Assembly: GCF_006345805.1 (NCBI RefSeq)
Contig: NC_043008.1
Span: 10,044,001-10,108,000 of the forward strand
Length of the DNA: 64,000 nt
Origin: Octopus sinensis
Lineage: Eukaryota
Reading direction: 5' to 3'
Part shown: piece after piece, positions 50,101-62,729 of the stretch
Layout of the letters: each line of letters begins with the position of its first letter
Numbering within the stretch: position 1 is the stretch's first letter
The notes under the pieces: model-generated
Told to the model about the DNA's origin: nothing
Database searches by the model: none
The model's input: the letters and a program-made list of their open reading frames with translations, nothing else
Translations under genes and position numbers: made by a program

Positions 50101-53100
50101 CTCAAAAGCTAAGAGATAATGCATGATTAATTTAAAACAATGAATAAACAAACATTACATTTTACAGAGTAATCTAAATGCTAAACAGTTAATCCAGTGG
50201 CCCACAGTGTACCACAAGGGAAGGCACACCATGGATTCTAAAGTTATCATTTGAAGTTTTAATTACAGTATACAAATAATTTATATTTTCTCTAAATTAT
50301 TAACTTTAATGTGGCCATATCTGGCCCAAATATTTTGCCTGCTTTATCTTAACTAACCAGATCCAACCTCTCACATCTATCCTACAATGCCATCATCGTT
50401 TAACGTCTGCTTTCCATGCTAGCATGGGTTGGATGATTTGACTGAGGACTGGAAAACCAGATGGCTGCACTAGGTTCCAATCTTGATCTGGCAGAGTTTC
50501 TGCAGCTGGATGCTCTTCCTAATGCCAACCACTCCGAGAGTAGTGGGTGCTTTTATGTGCCACCAGCATGAGAGCCAGTCAAGCGGTACTGGCAACGGCC
50601 ACGAAAAACATCGTTTTTTTTTTTGTTTTGTTAAATTCTAAATATATGCAATATAAATTATATATATTTCAATAGATCATTGAAATTTGAAAGCTATGAC
50701 AGTAATTAATTCTAAACAATGTCAATAAATAATTACATTTGACAAAGCAATCTGAATGCTAAAGGGTTAAAACAGTTTAATTTTAACTGCTTATGCATCA
50801 TCTGGTAGTGGTTGCCGGGTCTATAGACAAAGGCTTCAGAACTTGTGTGATTCAAGTCAATGGCCTCATAAGTTCCTCTGTCCAGCTTCATACCAGTATC
50901 ACCACTGGTCATCAAAACTGCATGTCCTCTATGCTGCTTCCTATGGCGTCACCTGTAACCCTAAGCCATGTGACTATTGGGTATGATATTTTGCTAAAGG
51001 GCAGCCTATGTTTAGTGTGAACTGACATATAACCCCCACTATCTAGGTAGACAGATGAGCTTCCTCTACCATCAAAAAACCTGTAAACTAGAAATTTGAT
51101 CACCAGTGTGTCCAAAGGCCAAAAGATTTGGGATCTTTGTTCCAGTGCTAAGATGAGGAATTAATTTATACAGTAAAGAGAAGGCTGTAAATCAAGATTT
51201 TGGTAAACAGAGGATGTAACCAAGCTTATATGGTTTCCAGTTACAACTAATCTGCAAGCCCCAGTGAGGTGCCAGAAGACATTACTGTATCCCCCTCCCG
51301 AACACACACGCACACACAGATGACAGTCAAGTTGACTGTAATGAGATTTGAACTCAGACCACAAAGAGCCACAACAAATACAAGATATTGGCACTTAGTG
51401 GTATCTTTAGTGAAAGCACCAATCCTTCCGGCCTACTACGCAAATAGACATATGTAGGTACATACGCATTTACATACCTACACACTTTATGTATATACTG
51501 GCACACATGTTAGGTACGCGCACACACTTCAGACCACACACACACACACTTTAAATACAGCATCCAGCAATAGACACATTGCCAGATCAGACTGGAGCCT
51601 GGTGCAGCCTTCTGGCTTCCCAGACCCCAGTTGAACCATCCAACCCATGCTAGCATGGAAAGTGGACGTTAAACGATGATGATGATATGTGGCTATGTGG
51701 TAATAAGTTTGCTTCCCACCAACATGGTTCTGAGTTCAGTTGCACTGCACAACAACATAGGCAAGTGTCTACTGTAGCCTCGGGCTGAGCAAAGCCTTGG
51801 AAGTGGATTTGGTAGACAGAAACTGAAAGAAGCAGATCATGCGTCTGTGTGTCCCACCACTGCCTGACAAACGCTGTTCATGTGTTTATATCCCCATAAC
51901 TTAGCAGTTCAGCAAAAGTAACCAACAGAATAAGGACCAGGCATCAATTCATTCAACTTAAATTTCCTCAAGGCGGTGCCCCAGCATGGCCATGGTCTGA
52001 TGACCAAGACAAAAAAAAAAAAAACAAAGATGGCATGCTTTATGTATACATGGCGGTGCCCCAGCATGGCCACAGCTCGTGAGCTGAAACTAGAATCAAT
52101 CAATCAATCATACATAGATACACCCTTTACATACGGGTACACACACACGTGCACACATACTTTGTCCACTCCCAACACACAATACTTTGTAAGGTTAAAC
52201 ACTCCACAGACACCAGATACAAGCGAAAGTACTTTCCAGAAAAAATGTCAAGGCGTTCTGTAACGCAAACCATATTAGAGGCCAACTAGCAAACATACGA
52301 TGGCGACATGTACTTTAAAGCTGGAGGTCACACTGACCTGCTTTGTGTTCACTTGCCACCAACTACGACAAAACTGGCACAAATTTCAAAATAAAGCTGT
52401 CGCAACTATTTACTTGTTTGAATAAGTAAACCAAAACAAAGTTGTGCTTCACCCCCAATACGTAAGTATTTGTCAGTCAACAAAATGGCTTAAGGTATAA
52501 AAATAGAAAAAAAAAAATTTTTTAAAGGAGTGGCTGTGTGGTAAGTAGCTTGCTTATGAACCACATGGTTCCGGGTTCAGTCCTACTGCGTGGCACCTAG
52601 GGCAAGTGTTTTCTACTATAGCCTCGGGCCGACCAAAGCCTTGTGAGTGGATTTGGTAGATGGAAACTGAAAGAAGCCCACAGTATATGTGTGTGTGTGT
52701 GTGTGTTGTGTATGTTTGTCCCACCCCCAACATCACTTGACAACCGATGCTGGTGTGTTTAGGTCTCCATAACTTAGCAGTTTGGCAAAAGAGACCAATA
52801 GAATAAGTACTAGGCTTACAAAGAATAAGTCCTGGGGTCGCTTTGATTCGACTAAAGGTAGTACTCCAGCATGGCCACAGTCAAATGACTGAAACGAGTA
52901 AAGAGTAAAGTAAAGTGGACAGTGTATTTAAATCTTGGTGCTGTAAGCAGAAAAATCAGAGGAGAAAGAGAAGGAAAGAGAAATATTGGTTTCGAATTTT
53001 GGAACAAAGCCTGAAACTTGGGGGAGTGGAAGTGGGTAAGTTGATTACATCAACCACAGTACATAACTGGTACTTCATTTTATCAACACCGAGAGAATGA

Positions 53101-53854
53101 AAGACAAGGTTGACCTTCGTGGAATTTGAACCATGGACACAAAGGTAGATGCAATGTCACTAAGCATTAAACTTCATGTCATCTGCGATATTTCTCTTGG
53201 TTCTTTGTCCAAGAGTTCAAACACCACCAAGGTAAACTTAGCCACTCACCTTTGTCGGGGTCAAACAAGAATGGGAATGGAAGGGAAGGGGGTGCAGATG
53301 ATTTCTAACCTAGGGAGACAAAACCAGAAATTTGGAAGGAACAGTTGATTTAATTGACTGTTCCCTCTCCACATTATTGATCATCATCATCATCATCATC
53401 GTTTAGCGTCCGCTTTCCATGCTAGAATGGGTTGGACGGTTCAACTGGGGTCTGGAAGGGAAGCCAGAAGGCTGCACCAGGCCCAGTCTGATCTGGCAGT
53501 GTTTCTACGGCTGGATGCCCCTTCTACGGCTGGATGCCAACCACTCCGTGAGTGTAGTGGGTGCTTTTTACATGCCACCGTGATGAAGGCGGATTTGGCA
53601 GAAGTGGTAGAGCACTTGAAAAATACTTTGTGGATGTTTGTTCCAGCTTTTTTACATTCTAAATAAAAATTCTGCCAAGATAGCTCAGCTTTGCCTTTTA
53701 TCCCTGAAGTCAATAAATTAAGGAACTGGTCAAATACTGGTATCAATGCCATCAGGTACCTCTCCTCTCAAAACTGGTTGCCCTGTGCCTTAATTAGACA
53801 TAATTATTACTGTTAATTATTGTTCAACAGATCATGGTATTAGGATCAAGATCC

Positions 53855-54424
53855 AAAGGCGGCGAGCTGGCAGAATCATTAGCACGCCGGACGAAATGCT
53901 TTACGGTATTTCATCTGCCGCTACGTTCTGAGTTCAAATTCCGTCGAGATCGACTTTGCCTTTCATCCTTTTGAGGTCGATTAAATAATTACCAGTTACG
54001 CAGTGGTGCTGATATAATCGACTTAATATCTATATCTGTCATTGTTTGTCCCCTCTGTGTTTAGCCCCTTGTGGATAGTAAAGAAATAGGTATTTTGTCT
54101 GTCTTTACGTTCTGAGTTCAAATTCCGCTGAGGTCAACTTCGGGGTCGATAAATTAAGTACCAGTTACGCATTGGGGTCGATATTATCGACTTAATCCGT
54201 TTGTCTGTCCTTGTTTGTCTCCTCTGTGTTTAGCCCCTTGTGGGTAGTAAAGAAATAGGTATTTTGTCTGTCTTTACGTTCTGAATTCAAATTCCGCTGA
54301 GGTCGACTTCGTGTTTCATCCTTTCGGGGTCGATAAGTTAAGTACCAGTCACGCACTGGGGTCAATATAATCGACTTAATCTGTTTGTCCCCTCTATGTT
54401 TAGCCCCTCGTGGATAGTAAAGAA
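53855..54424 (+). mobile_element. Family A SINE trimer with 17-bp TSD
   Basis: GGTATTAGGATCAAGAT at 53836-53852 and 54425-54441; two internal AAAGAAATA|GGTATTTTGTCTG junctions. Confidence 0.9.
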
Positions 54425-55597
54425 GGTATTAGGATCAAGATGTTATGATCCAAGGGAATCTACTCATGACTGTCATTCAAAAAGACAATAGAGTATTATT
54501 TGAAGGAAATTTGGCTGCTATTTTTAGCTGAATGAGCAACTACACAGAGGCACTTAAAGCAGGGGACTGACAATCCTTTACTTCCATCTGTTTACATCAA
54601 GAGTTCAAATCCCACCAAGGGGAGTTTGATCAAATTAGTACCAGTTATGCACTGAGGGTTACCGACAGGTTTTCTCTGACCAAAGAAAACATTCTGATAT
54701 TTACTTTTATCTTTTGTTTCAGTCATTAGACTGCGTCCATGCTGGAGCACTGCCTTGAATTATACTATCACATCAGAATTTCAAAGCTATGAGATAACGC
54801 ACGATTGATTCAAAATAATGTGAAGAAATAAGCATCCCATTTGACAGAATAATTGGAATGGTAAAAGGTTAAAATTTATCACTAAGAACTCGTTACTATT
54901 GATTATAATTCAGTTCAGGTTGAGGAAAACAGGAGACTGACAGAAAAAGGACCAGGATTTATAAAAAAAAAGTGTGGTAAGTAGCTTGCTAACCAACCAC
55001 ATGGTTTTGGGTTCAGTCCCACTGCGTGGCATCTTGGGCAAGTGTCTTCTGCTATAGCCCCGGGCCGACCAATGCCTTGTGAGTGGATTTGGTAGACGGA
55101 AACTGAAAAGAAGCCCGTCGTATATATATGTATATGTATATGTATGTGTGTGTGTGTGTGTGTTTGTCCCCCTAGCATTGCTTGACAACCGATGCTGCTG
55201 TGTTTATGTCCCCGTCACTTAGCGGTTCGGCAAAAGAGACCGATAGAATAAGTACTGGGCTTACAAAGAATAAGTCCTGAGGTCGATTTGTTCGACTAAA
55301 GGCGGTGCTCCAGCATGGCCGCAGTCAAATGACTGAAACAAGTAAAAGAGTAAGTACTGGGGTTGATTCATGTGACTAAACCCTTCAAGGTGGTGCCCCA
55401 GCATGACCAAAGTCTAATGACTGAAACATGTAAAATATAAAGGGCTTGTGATCATACATACTTTTATTGAGCAACACAGATCAACTTGGACAAAACCCAG
55501 TAACAGGCTCATGAAAGCCCCGTGACTAATGAAACGGCCACAATAAGCAAGCAAAAAGCAAGCTCTGTTAGTAGAAGTATTTACCAAACTGGCTTAC

Positions 55598-55750
55598 CTA
55601 TGTTGTAGGTATGAACATCATTTTGTCTGCCTTTGGAATCACGACCACCGAAGATGATAATATCTCGTTCTAAGACACACATTGTTGAAGCAGCTCTGGC
55701 TGATGGCACAAGCAAATTCATATGCATCGGCTGAGACCAGACATCCGTTT
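55598..55750 (-). CDS. Kelch-repeat protein exon (ETDVWSQPMHMNLLVPSARAASTMCVLERDIIIFGGRDSKGRQNDVHTYNI)
   Basis: tgtag|AA ... ATA G|gtaag, 153 nt, phase 1-1. Confidence 0.92.
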
Positions 55751-55949
55751 CTACAGTAAAAGACAAAAAAAAGAAAATTAGACAATATAACAATTCATCA
55801 TTTAATGACATGGGGGCTGTTCAAAGAGACAACATGCATGCACACAATATACAGACACACGTATGAGATCTGTACTACTTTAATGTCAACAGACTCAGTA
55901 CCAGACAGTAACATAATGTGGAAACCACTGACCAGAGGGAAATTTAAAT

Positions 55950-56234
55950 TCCGATCGTGGCCTTTGCCAGCTTCGTCTGGTCTCCGTGCCGGTGGCACGC
56001 AAAAAGCACCATCCGACCGTGGCCGTTTGCCACCCTCGTCTGGCCCCTGTGCCGGTGGCACGTAAAAAGCACCCACTACACTCACGGAGTGGTTGGCGTT
56101 AGGAAGGGCATCCAGCTGTAGAAACTCTGCCAGATTAGACTGGAGCCTGGTGCAGCCTTCTGGCTTCCCAGACCCCAGTTGAACCTTCCAACCCATGCAA
56201 GCATGGAAAGCGGACCTTAAACGATGATGATGAT
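55950..56234 (+). mobile_element. SINE-like family C with (GAT)n tail; copies also at ~45525-45770, 50390-50605, 53382-53582, 58408-58590, 61815-62010 (-) and 51565-51686, 56430-56853, 61100-61480 (+)
   Basis: GGTTGGCGTTAGGAAGGGCATCCAGCTGTAGAAAC..AACCCATGC.AGCATGGAAAGCGGAC.TTAAACGATGATG. Confidence 0.85.
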
Positions 56235-56587
56235 GGAGGGGAGAGAAACTAAACTAGGTTTAATTCTCACCAATATCAAAACACCAAATAGTCCAAATTC
56301 GATTGTCGAATCTTGTGATTAGCAAATCTGCAAACCCCTTCACTGCATTAGATCACTTGTTTTACATATGGGGTTTTCTACTCCATCTCAGAAACCAACA
56401 ATGTAAAGAGCAGTCAGTGAAATGCTTTAGTGTTGGTACCGTGTAAAAAGCACCCAGTACACTCTGTGAAGTGGCTGGCATTTGGAAGGGCATCCAGATG
56501 TAGAAAGCATGCCAAGGTAGACAATTGGACCTGGTGTAGCTCCCTGACCCTACCAGCTCATGTCAAACCAGCCAATCCATCCATACC

Positions 56588-56803
56588 TATTTCTTTACTA
56601 CCCACAAGGGGCCAAACACAGAGAGGACAAACAAACGGATTAAGTCGATTACATCGACCCCCAGTGCGTAACTGGTACTTAATTTATCGACCCTGAAAGG
56701 ATGAAAGGCAAAGTCGACCTCGGCGGAATTTGAACTCAGACCGTAACGGCAGACGAAATACAGCTACGCATTTCGCCTGGCGTTCTAACGTTTCTGCCAG
56801 CTC
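56588..56803 (-). mobile_element. Family A SINE nested inside a family C copy, ~17-bp TSD
   Basis: GCCAATCCATCCATACC (56571-56587) / GCCAATCCATCGATACC (56804-56820). Confidence 0.85.
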
Positions 56804-56952
56804 GCCAATCCATCGATACCAGCATGGAAAACGGATGTTAAATGATGATGATGTTACTTCAACTGATCAATTGCCATGGTTTGACTAAGTCATCAAATAA
56901 TACAACAGTAATTACAAACCAAAAATGTTAGGTTCAGAGGGTATATACACAC

Positions 56953-57088
56953 CTGTATTGAAGATATACAAGTCATCAAACCATTGGAATTCAACTCCTT
57001 TCTGCTGCCAACCATCTTCCTCCTCTTCTTCAGAAGACACCTCTTCATCTGCATCTTTATCACCTTCATCCTCCTCCACTTCATCTTC
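56953..57088 (-). CDS. Kelch-repeat protein exon with acidic loop (EDEVEEDEGDKDADEEVSSEEEEEDGWQQKGVEFQWFDDLYIFNT)
   Basis: ttttttag|GAA ... ACA G|gtgtg, 136 nt, phase 0-1, continuing the frame of exon 59273-59143. Confidence 0.88.
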
Positions 57089-57242
57089 CTAAAAAAGAGG
57101 ATTAACATTACAACCCTGCCTAGAATAATGGGTGGCGAAAATGGATGAAATAAAGAGGTGGAAACAGGAATAGTGTTAGTGGTGAGTCAGGGAGGAGTGA
57201 AGCAATATGGAAAAGTAGGAAGTAGAGATGAGTGGCATGTAA

Positions 57243-57742
57243 TCTATATATATAAAACTGTAGTTGTGTGAGTGTCTGTCCCCTTCGATTTAGATTCCTA
57301 ACTACTCCCACATTTTGCGGTGCAGTTTAACCAAAACCGGGTATCTTATAGTCGTGATTCATATCGAGCCCGTCTGAGTATTAGCGCGCATCTACGATGA
57401 GTCTACGATTTTAAAAATAATTTAACATTTTTTATTCCATTTTAATGCATAATTTTTCGTGTGTCGATGGCGGCAGAGTTGGCGTCCATGGTCACACCTG
57501 CACCTGTTTGCTTCTCCCCCTTCTTCCCTCCCTCGTGAAGCTGTGGGGAAGGGAGTGTAAGGAAATCAACGTCGTAAAGCGTTGTCAAGGAGACCAGCGT
57601 TCTTTTAGAACAACTACTTCATGGCTTGAAGACACCAAAACAGAAATGGCTAAGAAAGCCCGAATTGGCATCTATAAGGGAAGTAACTCTCTAAAAATGC
57701 TTATATAGTTATTTCCCTTACAAACCCGAGCAATACTGCTAG
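57243..57742 (+). mobile_element. Non-autonomous Helitron
   Basis: A|TCTATATATATAAAACTG start; ends CAAACCCGAGCAATACTGCTAG|T, the same terminus as 14474 but with part of the hairpin deleted. Confidence 0.75.
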
Positions 57743-59142
57743 TTAATTTTAAAGAAGTGGAGGTTGTTGTTGTTTGAGATAGAGATGACAAAGAAGAAAC
57801 GGCAGATCCAGGAGGCAACGTTTGGAACCCGTTGATGACAGAATCTCTTCCAATCAACCAATGATGCAGTCAAAGCTGCCTGTGTGTAGCGACAGTATCA
57901 TGATGTAGACAGGCGCAAGAGTAATGGGGGTCCTATTTGATTGAGGGGGCACTCAAAGAAAATAATCTATTGAGGATAAATTTTCTAGCACTGTAGAGAA
58001 AAACTTTAGTCTATGAAAAGCTGATTTGGTAATGCTTTATGCTGTGAAAGACCAACAGATTAGAGCCTTTGGAGTAACTTCTGAAGGCTTTAATTGTGGT
58101 CATGGGTAGAGAATGGAGTGTGTAATAATCTGTTTCCTTGATAATGCAATAATTGGGTCTGTGTACTGTTAAGGGAGATGAGGTTGTTATGTTCCCATTA
58201 AAGGATATTTCCAAGGTTTGTTTTTGGAGGCAATGAAAATCGGCCATGAAGCATTGAGGTTGCATGTTCTTTAACTCCAAGTCCGCCTTAATACAGCCAT
58301 CACCATCATCTCACACTTTCCAAACGCAAGTCAACATTATCAAATGTATCTAAGTGCAATTCAAGGGAGATTTTGGCAGACTAAACAATCGTGTCTCATC
58401 AATTCCATATCGTTTAACGTTCGTTTTCCATGCTGGCATGGGTTGGATGGTTTGACAGGAGCTGCCCAGCCAGAGATCTATCCAGGCTCCAACTGTTTGT
58501 TTTGACATGGTCTCTATGGCTGGATGCTCTTCATAGCGCCAACCAGTTTACAGAGTATGCTGGATGCATCCTACATGGCACCGGCATGCATGCATCTCAT
58601 ACAGTACCAAAATGAAGCATGGTACTATTACCATAGCAGTACCTGTTAGAAATAAGTCTGTCGGTAATGTACAGAAAGAGTGGGCAAATGAGTAAATAAG
58701 GGCAGGAATAAGGATTAGATCTGGGAAAGTTACCTGTGGGAGACTAACATCTTATCTGTTACATTAAACACAGCAAAACTCAAAGACAAAGAGACCTGTG
58801 GATACAAAGGTTTACTAAAAAAGGAATTTTTCTATCTTATTTAATCATTTAAATCCACAATAAATATTAAAAACTAAATAGGAATGAAGAAGCCATACAC
58901 TATGATCAGAGACGTGTTTGGCAAAGAAAATCTTGGACTAAAAATCAAAGAAAAAGTAGGTTGGATGCACAAGGATCACATGGCAGAAGCAGAATTGAAG
59001 ACAAGAATGACATGGAACCAAGTGAAGAGGAAAGTATTGGACAATGGTTTGGAAAACTGCTATGGAGAAACTATATTCCATTAGAAATCAAAACAGATGA
59101 CAATTACACCAGAGCAAGAATACAAAAATAGGGTACACTTAC

Positions 59143-59273
59143 ATCATCTTCTGACATTTTGGGTCCAAATCCACCAAAGTAGTAAATATTCTTGCCAGCA
59201 GCTACACAGGACACTTTATCTCGTGGGCTGGGAATGGTGCCACTTGTGCTCAAAAGAGACCAGGTATTTTTAA
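59143..59273 (-). CDS. Kelch-repeat protein exon (VKNTWSLLSTSGTIPSPRDKVSCVAAGKNIYYFGGFGPKMSEDD)
   Basis: ttctcag|TT ... GAT|gtaagt, 131 nt, phase 1-0; PSPRDK..FGG resembles KLHDC1/2-type blades. Confidence 0.92.
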
Positions 59274-60495
59274 CTGAGAACAAAAAGATGTCGAGTTATA
59301 AAAATACATACATACAGTAGACTTCGGATATAATGGACAAAATTGTCCAGTCTGGATTTTTCTAATGGAAATTTCATATAGATTTTGGATCCTATAATAG
59401 ACTCAGATATAACAGACAATCACTTATGACAGACGATTTTTCTCGGTCACAATGGTCAAAAAACAATGTAAATTTCCTTGGTTATTTTTAACTAATAAAT
59501 ATCTGTTTTATGCAATGTTTCAACTTATTTCTAGCAAATCTCCAGTATTCAGTATTTTTTTTTTTTTTTGCTTTTTTTAAAGCTTCGTACTTATTCTATC
59601 AGTCACTTTTGAAAAACTGCTAAGTTAGGGGATATCAAGAAGTAATGGTGTACAAACAGACAATAAGACACACACGACAGGCTTCTTTCAGTTTCTCTCT
59701 GTCAAATCCACTCACAAGGCTTAGGTCAGCCCAAGACTAACTACAGTGCAAACTTCTTACCACACAGCCAAACCTACCTCTGTGTGTAATGGACTCTCCC
59801 ATCAAAAGCAATGTATGAGTGTTCAGCATTTGCTGACCGACCTGCACAAATGGTTTGTTTATAGTGATCAAATGATCGTACTGCACATTAGCTCACTCCC
59901 TCCATCAAATAAGCGTTGTCTGAACAGGTGCACACGTGTGCCACGTGTCAGGTGTCAAAGTGATTGTACAGCAACGTGAAATGAAGTGTTTTGCTCAAGA
60001 ATACAATGTACCACCTGGTCTAGGAACTGAAACTACGACCTCACAATCGTGAGTGCAACACCCTAACCACTAAGCTAGGTGTTCTCACTCTATAACAAAA
60101 ACAAGAGTTCACAGATGCAAATGTGTGACTAGGCATGCATTTGCATAAATCACTGACTTGATAAGCATCCCTTGAAAACTATCGGCACAACAAACTATTG
60201 CCTTTCAGAAACTATGCCAGAGATATTAATACATGCATACACTTAAAAGCAATGGTTTTTCTCTTATTTTTTACACCTTCCACTCCACCACCAGATAAAT
60301 TCACATACATATGGTTACTTCAAAAGTATTTTCTTTCAAACCACAGTATACATTTACATGAACACACTTGTGCTCTTGTTCAATCAGTCGTGACCCAACA
60401 TACACCTGGAATTTGAAAACCTGTACTCGAGTAGAAACCCAAATACACGGTCACAAATGATTACTCATTACTCAAGCCAAGAAATAGATACAAAC

Positions 60496-60648
60496 CTGTA
60501 TTATAAGCATGTATAGTATTGAACCATCCCACATCTTGGTTAAGTCCACCAAACAAATAAAGAATGTTTCCAACAGCAGCCAATGCAGATCCTGATGATG
60601 GTTTTGGAACTTCTCCATTTGCTTCACAGGTAGTCCATGTCTGTGTCT
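60496..60648 (-). CDS. Kelch-repeat protein exon, most 5' one identified (ETQTWTTCEANGEVPKPSSGSALAAVGNILYLFGGLNQDVGWFNTIHAYNT)
   Basis: ttcttcag|AG ... ACA G|gtttg, 153 nt, phase 1-1. The seven exons splice to one open frame of about 322 aa. Confidence 0.92.
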
Positions 60649-62475
60649 CTGAAGAAATGAGGACAAAGGAAGATATTGCAAATATGTAAAGAGAAAACAA
60701 AAACAGCTGTTGCCAAAATTAAAATGTGTCGCAGAGAGAAAAGAATTTGATTTCAGCCAATGTGTAAGAGAGCAAGTTTAAGATATATAACCAAGAGAAA
60801 TCGTGGTGGTGGCCAATGCTGGAGTCCTGTAACTGGTATCCATGCTGGTGGTACATAAAAAGTACCTATTTCTTTACTACCCACAAGGGGCTAAACACAG
60901 AGAGGACAAACAAGGACAGACGGATTAAGTCGATTATATCGACCCTAGTGCGTAACTGGTACTTATTTAATTGACCCTGAAAGGATGAAAGGCAAAGAGG
61001 ACCTCGGTGGAATTTGAACTCAGAACGTAGCAGCAGAAGAAATACCGCTAAGCATTTCACCCGGCATGCTAATGATTCTGCCAGCTCACCGCATAAAAAA
61101 TACCTGTCAAGCGTTGGCCTTACGGAGGCAAGGTGGCCAATGTCAGTGGCATGTGAAAAGCACTTTTCAAGTGTTGGGCCTCACAGAGGAAATGACAAAT
61201 AGCCAAGACCTTTGGCATTATTCTGTGCTTGAGAAGACCCATCAAACCAAGTAAAACCATATTCATGGCAGATACTGGTGTCACGCAAATGGCACCTGTG
61301 CTGGTGGCACATAAAAGCACCCACTACACTCTCGGAGTGATTGGTGTTAAGAAGGGCATCCAACTGTAGAAACCATGCCAAATCAGACTAGAGTCGGGTG
61401 CAGCCTTCTAGCTGGCCATCCCTGGTCAAACTGTGCAACCCATGCCAGCATGGACAATGGATGTTAAATGATGATGATGAGGAGGAATGTAGACTTGAAG
61501 AACCAGAAACAACTTATATCGTCCAAATTCTGACAAAGTAAAAATAGACAGGCACAGTTGTGTGGATAAGAGGTTCACTTACCAAGCACGTGGTTTTGGG
61601 TTCAATTCCTCTGTACAGCACTTTAGCAAATTGTCTTCTACTATAGCCCCAGACTTGTGAGTGAATTTGGTAGACGGAAACTGTGTGGAAGCCCACTATG
61701 CATGTGCATGTCCATCACCACAATACAATTAGTGTTGGTTTGTTTACATCCCCATGACTTAACAGTTTGGCAAAAGTGACTAATAGAACAAGTACCAAAC
61801 TTTAAAGACAATTACATCATCATCACCATCATTTAAAGTTGGTTTTCCATGCTGGCATGTGTTAGATAGTTTGATAGGAGCTGGCAAGAGTGGAGAGCTG
61901 CACCAGGCTCCATTGTCTGTTCTGGCAAGGTTTCTACAGCTTGATGCCCTTCTTAACATTAACCACTCTATAGAATGTACTGGGTGCTTTTAATGTGGCA
62001 CCAGCACCAATTCTGCTGTGGCAAACAGGTCTTCTTGAATACAGAAAGGCACCAGATATCTTGATTCTTCGCCATCTTTGTACGGTTGTCTTGATTTCTG
62101 GAAAATTTTGGACTTAATTTCATTCAATTGTTCTGGCCGTTAGGGAAGACTTGCATGATGCAAGATCCCTATAAAGATGTACCATCCGAGTTTGTCACAA
62201 GAGTCAAGTTTAACAGATACTTCATCAGAAAAACTATCTTTTGTATAAGTTAAGGATTTCGTGTATTGTTGGGTACACCAAATGGTGAGTGTAAAATAGC
62301 TTTTGAGCACTAAATGAAAGAATGATTGCTGTGATATATGCCCAGAGAATTTTATTCACAATTCAAATCAATGGACTCAGTCTCACCAATTAAACTAATG
62401 GAATGCATTTAAGCAATTATTTAACTATCAAAGCTGTTCCTCATTCGTACTTAAAATGAAACTACTTCTAACAAG

Positions 62476-62729
62476 GTGGAGCCACGTGGCTTAGTGGTTA
62501 GGGTGTCAGCATTATGATCGTAAGGTTGTGGTTTCAATTCCTGGACTGGGCGACGCGTTGTGTTCTTGAGCAAAACACTTCATTTCACGTTGCTCCAGTC
62601 CACTCAGTTGGCAGAAATGAGTAACGCTGCGATGGACTGATGTCCCATCCAGCTGGAGAACACATACGCCATAGAAACCAGGCCCATGAGCCTGGCTAGG
62701 CTTTAAAAGGGCGCATTTATTTATTTTTT
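62476..62729 (+). mobile_element. Family D tRNA-derived SINE with 13-bp TSD
   Basis: TACTTCTAACAAG at 62463-62475 and 62730-62742; A box TGGCTTAGTGG, B-box-like GGTTTCAATTCC, (TTTA)n tail. Confidence 0.88.
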
